Source of the DNA: Candidatus Methanoperedens sp.
GTDB lineage: Archaea > Halobacteriota > Methanosarcinia > Methanosarcinales > Methanoperedenaceae
Assembly: GCA_041494705.1 (NCBI GenBank)
Contig: JBGQBI010000001.1
Location: 120,001-152,000, forward strand
Direction: 5' to 3'
Length of the DNA stretch: 32,000 nt
Position 1 is the stretch's first letter; each line of letters begins with the position of its first letter. Below the pieces are notes generated by a model. It was not told the origin of the DNA and made no database searches. It saw only the letters and a list, made by a program, of their open reading frames with translations. The position numbers and the translations under genes are program-made. Positions 16,922 to 24,737 of this stretch are shown piece by piece.

Positions 16922-18289
16922 ATGAGTGAGAAAGAAGCTGTAACCGAAAAAGCACCAGAGGCAGCGAAGCAGAACTGTGTATCTCAAAAACAACAACCAG
17001 AGTTCTCGCTAACAGCAGGTTCGCCTGTTGGACGCATCCTGTTCATGCAAAGAACCATCGGGAATCAGGCAGTTGGGAGGTTTATTAAGTCAGGCGCCCT
17101 GCATGGTAAATTCAGGATCGGAAAAGCCGATGATATCTATGAAAAGGAAGCCGACATAGCAGCAAAGCAGGTGATGAGTGACATAAATATGCCCGACGGG
17201 CTGTCACCCCAGGTGCACAAAGACCTGGCTGGCCCGCCTGCTATGAAACGCTCCTGCAACTGTGAAGGTAAATCCAGATGGGACGAAAACCCGGAGGTGC
17301 GCCGCTTGCCTGCACTGTCATTCTCCACTATTGAAGATAGCGTCGTTGCAAGGGTAATCGACCCTAACGACCTCGCCGACAGCCAGCCAGTCGAAGAAAT
17401 CTTCGGCGTGGTAAAGGCCGATGAAAAGATGGCACAGCGCAAAGCCGCAGACGGAGCATTTCCTCAAGCACCCGACCTATCCCAATCGATCGACGGCGCT
17501 TGCCGCAGCGGTGGACAACCCCTTCCATCCGAATCACAGCAGTTCATGGAGCGCCGTTTCGGTCACAACTTCGGCGCCGTGCGCATTCACGCCGACCAGA
17601 TTGCGGGAGACCTGGCTCACCAGCTCCAAGCCCGTGCCTTCACTACCGGCAACCACGTCTTCTTCGCCCCGGGCGAATTCCAGCCTGACCGGGCGAGTGG
17701 AAAGTACCTCCTCGCCCACGAACTTGCGCATGTGGTGCAGCAGAGCAAGGACGGTGTGTACCGGAATATCCAGCGCACGGGGAACGGTGGCCTGAACTGT
17801 CCGCCCTATGCTAGCTATGACGGGTCACGTGACCTCTCCACCTACAATTGCGCAGGCCTCGCGCACCGGACATATGATTTCAAGAGCCTCACCAATACGA
17901 AGACTGCTCTGGCCAATGGATCGAGCCTAGCCTGCGGCACTCCCTGCAATCACGTCGGGGTGGTGAAGCACTGGCTGTGGGAATACGACATCCGCGTGGA
18001 AGATTCCGATGGTAAAGTGGTCGTCCCCACCTGGCAAGACTTCCATACGGTGGGGGGTCCCACAGATGGCGATCCGGTGGCGAAAGATTCCGACGAGTTT
18101 TACACGAAGAATGGAAAGAGGAAGGTCTACGGCCCCGGCACTGCACCGAGCTTCAAGCCCGTCGCCAAGGACCAGGCGCTCAAGAACGAGCCGGCCGAGA
18201 CGCCGATGATCGACGAGAAGGGCAAGCCCCTCTACAAAGTGCGCTCGAACATCAAGGAGACCTGTTATTGCTTGCCGTGTCCAAAGTAG
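16922..18289 (+). CDS. DUF4157-domain protein with HExxH, polymorphic-toxin-like architecture and a Cys-rich C-terminal domain
   Basis: 455 aa. The N-terminus (LFMQRTIGNQAVGRFI...YEKEADIAAKQVM) and core (ERRFGHNFGAVRIHAD...ARAFTTGNHVFFAPGEF...LLAHELAHVVQQ) match the DUF4157 pattern as I remember it. Residues ~285-455 form an unassigned domain with 8 Cys. Confidence 0.8.
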   Translation: MSEKEAVTEKAPEAAKQNCVSQKQQPEFSLTAGSPVGRILFMQRTIGNQAVGRFIKSGALHGKFRIGKADDIYEKEADIAAKQVMSDINMPDGLSPQVHKDLAGPPAMKRSCNCEGKSRWDENPEVRRLPALSFSTIEDSVVARVIDPNDLADSQPVEEIFGVVKADEKMAQRKAADGAFPQAPDLSQSIDGACRSGGQPLPSESQQFMERRFGHNFGAVRIHADQIAGDLAHQLQARAFTTGNHVFFAPGEFQPDRASGKYLLAHELAHVVQQSKDGVYRNIQRTGNGGLNCPPYASYDGSRDLSTYNCAGLAHRTYDFKSLTNTKTALANGSSLACGTPCNHVGVVKHWLWEYDIRVEDSDGKVVVPTWQDFHTVGGPTDGDPVAKDSDEFYTKNGKRKVYGPGTAPSFKPVAKDQALKNEPAETPMIDEKGKPLYKVRSNIKETCYCLPCPK

Positions 18290-18382
18290 TCCACGTGGGC
18301 GGCCCACCCGGTTTGCTCATGCCTCTCCTCGCCTTCACGACGACGGATTGCGCACCGTTTGCACGAGCCTGAGGCGAAGCAG

Positions 18383-18757
18383 ATGAACATCGAGACGCTC
18401 ACGTTTCCCAGCGAGTCAATCCGTTGCCAGCGAGGTGATTACATCCTGCAGCGGGGCGCTGGCGGCGGGCGCATCCGGGTCTACAGGGTGGAGGACATGG
18501 TCAAGCTGAGTCGTCTCGTGCCGTTCGGCAAAGACGCGCTCATCGAAGAACAAACTATCCTCGATTCGGAGCGGCCGGCGTTCATGGACGAGGTCCACCT
18601 CCTCCTCACGGCATTTGACTTGAACTTCGCTTCGCTTGAGGAGGCCATACGTGCCGTCGAGGCCGGCGGCCTGGGAGCCACTACCGAGGGGTTTTGCCTG
18701 GATATCCGCCGTTTTCCCCTGAGTAGCAGCCAGGTTTATCGGCCCGCTGCGCACTGA
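18383..18757 (+). CDS. hypothetical protein, candidate immunity partner of the DUF4157 protein
   Basis: The ORF track starts at a TTG (18359); the first ATG is at 18383 (MNIETLTFPSE...). It lies ~95 nt downstream of the toxin-like gene and shares its CGN/ATC/AAG codon bias. No family recognised. Confidence 0.45.
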   Translation: MNIETLTFPSESIRCQRGDYILQRGAGGGRIRVYRVEDMVKLSRLVPFGKDALIEEQTILDSERPAFMDEVHLLLTAFDLNFASLEEAIRAVEAGGLGATTEGFCLDIRRFPLSSSQVYRPAAH

Positions 18758-18910
18758 ATGTGCAATGATGGAAAGCTGTCAGGAACCTTATTCAAATAAT
18801 CTTTTTCTGGATATTTAGTATTGTTTTTCAAATTTATTAATGCAAATCTCTTCAAATTGCAATATTATTAAATATGATAAGGTTAAATTATCTACTACGG
18901 GGTGTTTTAT

Positions 18911-19501
18911 ATGGCATACGAAGCAAAGAATTTCGAGAGCTTGTTGGGAACGAAAGGGTTAAGCGATACGCTGCTGAAAAACCATTTTACGTTATACCAG
19001 GGCTATGTAACAAATACGAATAAAGTAGCGGATGCGCTTGGCGCTATGGCAAAAGAAGGGAAGACCGCAACTCCTGAATACGCAGAACTCAAGCGCAGAT
19101 TCGGGTGGGAGTGGAACGGCATGAGATTGCATGAATTCTATTTCGGGAATATGGTAAAAGGCGGGAAACCAATCGATAAAAATACGAATTTATACAAGAA
19201 AATTGTCGCTGATTTTGGGTCATATGAGAACTGGGAAAAGGATATCAAGGCGACAGGTGCCATGCGCGGCATCGGCTGGGTTATATTATATTATGACTTT
19301 CATGCCGGACGGCTCTTTAATACATGGATAAATGAACACGATTCGGGTCATCTTTGCGGCGCCAGCCCCATGCTGGTCATGGATGTCTTCGAACATGCCT
19401 ATATGGTTGATTACGGGCTTAAGAAAGCAGATTATATCGAGGCATTTTTCAAGGCAATCGACTGGACAATCGATCCAAAATTCGATTCCATGCTGGGGTG
19501 A
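18911..19501 (+). CDS. sod: Fe/Mn superoxide dismutase family protein (divergent)
   Basis: The ORF opens at GTG 18902; the ATG at 18911 gives MAYEAKNFESL.... SOD-like ligand contexts are present (KNHFTLYQGYV, RLHEFYFGNM, DVFEHAYMVDY). Confidence 0.75.
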   Translation: MAYEAKNFESLLGTKGLSDTLLKNHFTLYQGYVTNTNKVADALGAMAKEGKTATPEYAELKRRFGWEWNGMRLHEFYFGNMVKGGKPIDKNTNLYKKIVADFGSYENWEKDIKATGAMRGIGWVILYYDFHAGRLFNTWINEHDSGHLCGASPMLVMDVFEHAYMVDYGLKKADYIEAFFKAIDWTIDPKFDSMLG

Positions 19502-19507
19502 AATAAT

Positions 19508-19684
19508 ATGGTGGAGTGGGGTACTCCATTTAAGCGGCAAGCCGTACGTTCATGCAAGAGCTGCGGTTCGCCAATGAACAGGCCGGAGGATTTTGGAACA
19601 AACGTTTTTGGAAGTAAGAGCAAGGAATACTGCCAGTATTGTTTCCAGAACGGAAAATTCATAAAATCAATAACAGCACGTTAA
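19508..19684 (+). CDS. small zinc-ribbon protein (58 aa)
   Basis: Hand-found ORF: MVEWGTPFKRQAVRSCKSCGSPMNRPEDFGTNVFGSKSKEYCQYCFQNGKFIKSITAR. The pattern CxxCG...FGTN..GS.S.EYC.YC.QNG.F matches the 'putative zinc ribbon' family as I remember it. Confidence 0.6.
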   Translation: MVEWGTPFKRQAVRSCKSCGSPMNRPEDFGTNVFGSKSKEYCQYCFQNGKFIKSITAR

Positions 19685-19719
19685 AGAGCAAAAAAGAATC
19701 CTGGTTACAAGCGGCCGCC

Positions 19720-19842
19720 CTATTTGATTAATTTCATGTCCTCACCGCAGCAGACCAGAGTTCCTCCGCCCGCTTTGGTTACCACTACCTCATTCCCGCA
19801 AATATTACACCTGTACTTCTCGCCAACTTTTTCTACGCCCAT
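19720..19842 (-). CDS. desulforedoxin (40 aa, Fe(Cys)4 protein)
   Basis: Hand-found ORF: [40 protein letters not shown]. It has the CxxCG...CCG desulforedoxin signature. A GGAGG sequence precedes the ATG, with 7 nt between them. Confidence 0.75.
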   Translation of the reverse strand: MGVEKVGEKYRCNICGNEVVVTKAGGGTLVCCGEDMKLIK

Positions 19843-19915
19843 GATTTAACCTCCTTGTAATACTTATCCGATAAGATATATAATCTTTAGGCATAAAACT
19901 ACCATAACAAGGTAA

Positions 19916-20053
19916 AAGAGTGTAAATGAGTGCAAAATCGAGGAGAGAAGATTGCTTTCCGTTTTCGGGGATGAATACAGGAGATACCGGCAGGAGGTAT
20001 CCATGTTCATTCCTGTGAAATGGGTAAAGAAACTTATATCGAAATTATTATAA
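19916..20053 (+). pseudogene. 3' remnant of an isoprenylcysteine carboxyl/phospholipid methyltransferase-family gene
   Basis: The open frame from 19916 translates to ...IEERRLLSVFGDEYRRYRQEVSMFIPVKWVKKLISKLL*. The EE..L...FGDEY..Y...V....P block is the conserved C-terminus of the ICMT/PEMT family. Only ~45 codons exist, with no room upstream for the remaining ~150 aa. Confidence 0.55.
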
Positions 20054-20077
20054 ACGAATAAAACTTAACCATTCCTC

Positions 20078-20449
20078 ATGGATAGATTGCTTGGAAGTGT
20101 AATAGATGATTATACCCTCTATAAAATTATTGAAGGGTTTATTGCAATACTTTCCCTTGTCATGATTTATCTTGGCGTTCAAATAGCTCTGACATGGAAA
20201 TCCTTAAAAAAAGAAGGAGGAGGTCCCGGTGAAATTATTGCACAACAGGGGAATTTTTTCAGGAGCAGCGTGTTCATTTTCATTGCAGGACTTTCCATGA
20301 TTGTCCATGAATTGTTTGAAGGTCTTGAGAAAATTGCGCCTGATTATACAACGTATGAGATGTTTGAACTCATAGGGCTTGCGGGAATAGTATTATTCCT
20401 CAATGAGTGGAATAAAATATTGAAGAAACTGAAAAAAAAGGATTTCTGA
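20078..20449 (+). CDS. hypothetical small membrane protein (about 3 TM segments)
   Basis: 123-aa ORF with hydrophobic stretches (IIEGFIAILSLVMIYLGVQIAL, SSVFIFIAGLSMIV, LIGLAGIVLFL). Low GC. Confidence 0.55.
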   Translation: MDRLLGSVIDDYTLYKIIEGFIAILSLVMIYLGVQIALTWKSLKKEGGGPGEIIAQQGNFFRSSVFIFIAGLSMIVHELFEGLEKIAPDYTTYEMFELIGLAGIVLFLNEWNKILKKLKKKDF

Positions 20450-20469
20450 CAGTGCTTTAAACCGCTGTC

Positions 20470-23400
20470 TTAATTCAACTTTATCCCTGTAATACTTGAA
20501 ATATTGTTCTCCTGCATGGCAACCCCCAGAGTCCGTTTTGCAGCCTCAATCATGGGTTTCCGAAGCGAGACCACAATAAACTGTGCATTGGCTGCGGATT
20601 TCTGGATGCGTCTTGCTACTTTTTCGGCATTTATGCCGTCAAGGAACATATCAATCTCATCAAACGCATAGAACGGCGCGGGCCTGTACTGCTGGATAGC
20701 GAAAAGGAGCGACAAAGCGGTCAGGCTTTTCTCCCCGCCCGACATTGCTTCAAGCCGCTGCAGGGTCTTCTCGGACGGCTGGGCTTTTATGGTCATCCCG
20801 CCTGTGAACGGCTCGTCGGGTTTCTCAAGGAAAATCGAGCCTGTGCCATCTGATAACTCCGCGAAAACCTGTTTGAATTGTTCGTTCACGCCATTGAATG
20901 TTTCCATGAACGCTTCTTTTTTCAGTTCCTCGTATTTCTTGATGCGAAGCAGCAGCTCCTCCCTTTCATGGAAAAGGATATCGCGCCGCGATTTTAAATC
21001 CTTCTGCCTGTTTTCCACCTCGTTGTACTCATCTATCGCCCTCATGTTAACAGGTTCAAGTTTCTCCATTGCGCGGGTAAGCGCTGCGATGCGCGAGGCT
21101 ATGGACTCGGAGGACGGAACTTCTTCTTCCCGGGCTATTCCAAGCTCTGCGATTTCATTATCCAGTTTTATTATCTGCTCGGTCAGCGCATCTTTTGTAG
21201 AATAGAGCGCAAGCAAATTCCGCTCCATATCGTTTTGCATTCTTTCAACATCCAGAAGCCGTTCCCTTAAAGACGCATGCTCTTTTTGCACGGTTTCCCT
21301 TTTTTTCTGGAGTTCAAGCAGTTCCCCGCCCAGTTCTTTTTCCCTTGCGTTCTTGACATTCAGTTCGGATTCAAGAGCCTTAATCTGTTCCCTTAAGCCG
21401 TTTATCCTTTTCCTGTGCTCGTTTTTCTTATTGTCAAGTTCAACAAGCCGCTCTTTAGTCTCATCTATTTTAGCCTGGGCATATTTGCGTTCAAGCGTAA
21501 CTGCATTAATCCCGGCCTCAATATCCCGGAGCCTCCCTTCGAGCCTCTGTATTTCCTCCTCAATCCCTGAGGCTTTGCTGTTAAGCTCAGGCACCTGCGA
21601 ATCTTTCAATAATTCCTCTATTTTACCAATCTCTTCCAGCAGCGTATCGATTGCAGCGTCTTTTTCCCGCTTTTTCTCTTCGACATTATCCATGTCCTTC
21701 TTTATCTGGATGCGCGCAGCTTCTATTTCCTTAAGTTCTTTATTCCTTGTTTCCAGCACTTCAGCAAGACGCGTCCCGCGGCCCTTGATTTCAGCCAGCT
21801 GCATCTCAAGCTTTGTTATTTCATTATCAAAACCTGCCGCTTCTGCCTTTACCCGTGAAAGCTGTTCATCGAACTTTTCGAACTTATTGAGAGCAGCTTT
21901 GCGTCTTCCTTCATATTCTGCAATCTGCTCTGCAATTTTTTTTATATTTTCCTCTTCGCCCGATGCAAACGACAGTTTTGATTTTATCGTGCCTCCGGTC
22001 ATTGCCCCCGCTTTCTCGATCAATTCCCCGTCAAGCGTCACAAGCCGCTTCCCGCCCATTAGCCGCCTTGCGGTTGTCAGGCTGTCGGAAACAAGGGTAT
22101 CCCGGAAAACGTACCAGAAAGCAGGTCCAAATTTTGATTCATAATTAACAAGATTGAGCGCATAATCTATGATGCCCTCTTTTTCCGTCTTTGAAAGTTT
22201 TTGCCCCGCTTCTAACTTATTTAGTGGTAAAAACGTGACCCTGCCAAGGCGCTTTTCTTTGAGATAATTTATCGCCCTTGCCGCATCCTCATCATTATCC
22301 ACCACAACCGACTGCATCCTTGCCCCGGCGGCTATCTCAAGCGCCACTGAATATTTTTTATCCACCTTCCCGAGTTCTGCAATGGTGCCGTAAATGCCCG
22401 GAAGCTCTTTGTTTTTCTTTGCGCGAAGGACCGATTCGACAGGCTCGCTGTAATTGATTTCAGCCGCAGCTTTTAACCTTGCCTCAGACCTTGCGTATTC
22501 CTGCTGGAATAGCCGCAGGGAGTTCTCAATGTCCGAAATCACGCTTTTTATCTGGACCCTGTTTTTCTCAAGGTCAAACGTGTCTTTTACAAGTTCCTGC
22601 TTTTTTGCATTGGTTTCCTCTATCCCCGACCGGGCATTAGCGGCATCGAAATCCGCGGAGCTCATTTTGGATGTCGCATCCTCTATCTCAAGCTCCCTGT
22701 CCCGCGCCTCCGAGGATTTGCGGCGTATCGCATCGAGCAGGCGGTCTTCCTCGCGCATGAGTTCATTCTTTTCATTTTTGAGGGTTTCAAGGGCAAGTTT
22801 AGCCTCGGTGAGTTTATCCCGCGTTTTGGAAAACCTGGCGTCCACTTCTGCAATCTTGCTCTTCACCACAAGCAGTTGAGTGTTTTTATCGCCAACCTCA
22901 TTGGAAATGGTATCTTTCCTGAGAGTTTCTTCATTTAATTTCTCATTAAATCCTGCGACTTTCCCCTGGACATCATCTATCTCAAGAAACGCTTTTCTTT
23001 TCAGGGACTCGATGTCATTTATTTCGTTCTCGGCAAGTTCGATTGTGCCGGTGCTTCGGGAAATCTCCCCTCTTATCGATTCTATCTCTTTCTTAAGCGC
23101 TATCTGTTCACTTTCGCCTTTTTTGATAATTAAAGCGTTTAAATCTGAAAGCTTACCTTCAATTCCGCACAGTTCCTCTTTTCGAATCTCAAGCTGTTTT
23201 GTGAAATCTTCTTTTTTAGCTTCCTTATCGTTAAGTTCCCCGGCGAGTTTATCAAGTTCATTTTTTGCATCCTTGAGTTTGGCAAGCAGGATATATCCTT
23301 CATATTTTCGTTTCTCATCCCGAAGCGACTGGTATTTCAAAGCCTGGTCGCGCTCAAGCTTGAGTTTTGCAAGCTGGTCATCAACTTCAGCCAGGATAAT

Positions 23401-23979
23401 ATCCACTCTTTCTATACGCTCCCGGACAATTTCCAGTTCGTTGAGAGCCTGGTCTTTTTTATCATCGAACTCTGCCACCCCTGCAATTTCATCGATAATT
23501 TTACGCCTTTCGGTAGCCGTCATTTCAATTATGTTTGTCACGTCCCCCTGCATGACCACGTTATAACCTTCAGGTGTTATTTTGGCTTTTGAAAGGTAAT
23601 TGTGAATATCCGATAATCCCACTGCTTTCTCATTAAAATAATAATAACTGTAATAACCGGATTCGGTCTGCCTCACTTTACGCGTGATTACAACTTCGTC
23701 AGAATCGACAGGCATCTCACGGTCTTTATTGTCAAAATGTATACTTACCTGGGCAAAATCCCTCGGGCGCGTATCCCCGTTATAAATGAGGTCGGTCAGT
23801 TTCTCAGCCCTCATAACCCTTGAATTGGATAAGCCGAGCGCGAAAAGAATACCGTCGATAATATTGGATTTTCCGCTTCCGTTTGGACCGGATATGGTAG
23901 TGAAGTCGTCGAAGAAAGGTATTTTTACTTTTTTTCCGAATGATTTGAAATTTTGAAGCTCAATTTCTTTGATATGCAA
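20470..23979 (-). CDS. smc: chromosome segregation protein SMC
   Basis: 1169 aa. Walker A motif GPNGSGKSN, long coiled coils, a hinge region, ABC signature LSGGEKSLTALSLLFA and Walker B FYAFDEIDMFLD. The start codon is TTG with GAGGT 6 nt upstream. Confidence 0.95.
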   Translation of the reverse strand: MHIKEIELQNFKSFGKKVKIPFFDDFTTISGPNGSGKSNIIDGILFALGLSNSRVMRAEKLTDLIYNGDTRPRDFAQVSIHFDNKDREMPVDSDEVVITRKVRQTESGYYSYYYFNEKAVGLSDIHNYLSKAKITPEGYNVVMQGDVTNIIEMTATERRKIIDEIAGVAEFDDKKDQALNELEIVRERIERVDIILAEVDDQLAKLKLERDQALKYQSLRDEKRKYEGYILLAKLKDAKNELDKLAGELNDKEAKKEDFTKQLEIRKEELCGIEGKLSDLNALIIKKGESEQIALKKEIESIRGEISRSTGTIELAENEINDIESLKRKAFLEIDDVQGKVAGFNEKLNEETLRKDTISNEVGDKNTQLLVVKSKIAEVDARFSKTRDKLTEAKLALETLKNEKNELMREEDRLLDAIRRKSSEARDRELEIEDATSKMSSADFDAANARSGIEETNAKKQELVKDTFDLEKNRVQIKSVISDIENSLRLFQQEYARSEARLKAAAEINYSEPVESVLRAKKNKELPGIYGTIAELGKVDKKYSVALEIAAGARMQSVVVDNDEDAARAINYLKEKRLGRVTFLPLNKLEAGQKLSKTEKEGIIDYALNLVNYESKFGPAFWYVFRDTLVSDSLTTARRLMGGKRLVTLDGELIEKAGAMTGGTIKSKLSFASGEEENIKKIAEQIAEYEGRRKAALNKFEKFDEQLSRVKAEAAGFDNEITKLEMQLAEIKGRGTRLAEVLETRNKELKEIEAARIQIKKDMDNVEEKKREKDAAIDTLLEEIGKIEELLKDSQVPELNSKASGIEEEIQRLEGRLRDIEAGINAVTLERKYAQAKIDETKERLVELDNKKNEHRKRINGLREQIKALESELNVKNAREKELGGELLELQKKRETVQKEHASLRERLLDVERMQNDMERNLLALYSTKDALTEQIIKLDNEIAELGIAREEEVPSSESIASRIAALTRAMEKLEPVNMRAIDEYNEVENRQKDLKSRRDILFHEREELLLRIKKYEELKKEAFMETFNGVNEQFKQVFAELSDGTGSIFLEKPDEPFTGGMTIKAQPSEKTLQRLEAMSGGEKSLTALSLLFAIQQYRPAPFYAFDEIDMFLDGINAEKVARRIQKSAANAQFIVVSLRKPMIEAAKRTLGVAMQENNISSITGIKLN

Positions 23980-23981
23980 AT

Positions 23982-24644
23982 TTACCTCTTCTTCATGGTT
24001 TCTACGATTTCCACCCCTTCAACTACCTTTTCGCTCTTCTTCAAGGCTGGTTTTTTCAATAGTTCTTTTTCCCTTTCATCCGACACTATGGTCTTTTCTT
24101 CAGCTTCGATTACCGGCGCTTGTTTTTTTCTCTCCCTCGGGACATAATTGTCAGCGATTATGTACGTGCTTTTCGGTTTGGGTTTTTCAGCCGGTTTTTC
24201 CTCTTCTTTAGGTTTTATTTCCGGTTTGGGCTTTAGCTCTTCCCTGAACACTTTCCTGGGTTTTATTTCCTGGATTATCGATTTCTGGTCAAGAAGCTCT
24301 TTCATGACGCCGTCATAAGAACTATTAAGTTCTATGAGCCTGTGTTCCATCCTGTCCATCCGGTTCTGGCATTCCTTAAGGGTATCGCTTTCCGATTTTC
24401 GCTCCTCAACCAGGGAATTTCTGAGGGATTTATTCATCTCGATTATCTCTTTTATTTTCTCGCTGAATTTGACCTTGATATCTTCAAGTGTTGATTCCCT
24501 GAGTTTGATTTTATCAGTGAACCGCTTTTCCATTTCCACGAGAATGGAATCTTTCAAAGCTCCCTGCATCTCTGCAAACTCTTTATCGCGTGCAGCCAGC
24601 TTTTGCTCAAGTCTCTCTATTATAATATCCCTTTCAGTGCTCAT
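23982..24644 (-). CDS. coiled-coil protein of unknown function, tightly coupled to smc
   Basis: 220 aa. The N-terminal ~110 aa are heptad-like, followed by a Lys/Pro/Glu-rich linker (KPKPEIKPKEEEKPAEKPKPK). Its stop lies 2 nt before the smc start. Confidence 0.65.
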   Translation of the reverse strand: MSTERDIIIERLEQKLAARDKEFAEMQGALKDSILVEMEKRFTDKIKLRESTLEDIKVKFSEKIKEIIEMNKSLRNSLVEERKSESDTLKECQNRMDRMEHRLIELNSSYDGVMKELLDQKSIIQEIKPRKVFREELKPKPEIKPKEEEKPAEKPKPKSTYIIADNYVPRERKKQAPVIEAEEKTIVSDEREKELLKKPALKKSEKVVEGVEIVETMKKR

Positions 24645-24737
24645 AATATCCCTCGTTCTTTAATCGGCAAAAATACTCAAATAGTTTTTGGTAATTGACT
24701 TTTTGCACAGTACACATATCGTATTAAGTTAAATATT

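Noticed and set aside
17421-18307. Alternative-frame and antisense ORFs (62-126 aa) inside the DUF4157 gene
   Set aside because: GC-rich DNA is depleted in stop codons, so long spurious frames are expected. The products are Arg/Pro/Ser-rich and low-complexity, and they overlap a gene with clear domain motifs.
21353-23566. Long plus-strand ORFs (263 aa, 141 aa, 228 aa) antisense to smc, with Ser/Phe/Leu-rich products
   Set aside because: They mirror the Glu/Lys/Leu-rich coiled-coil codons of smc (GAA/AAG/CTT read in reverse). The products are low-complexity, no RBS is visible, and they lie entirely within a confidently called gene.
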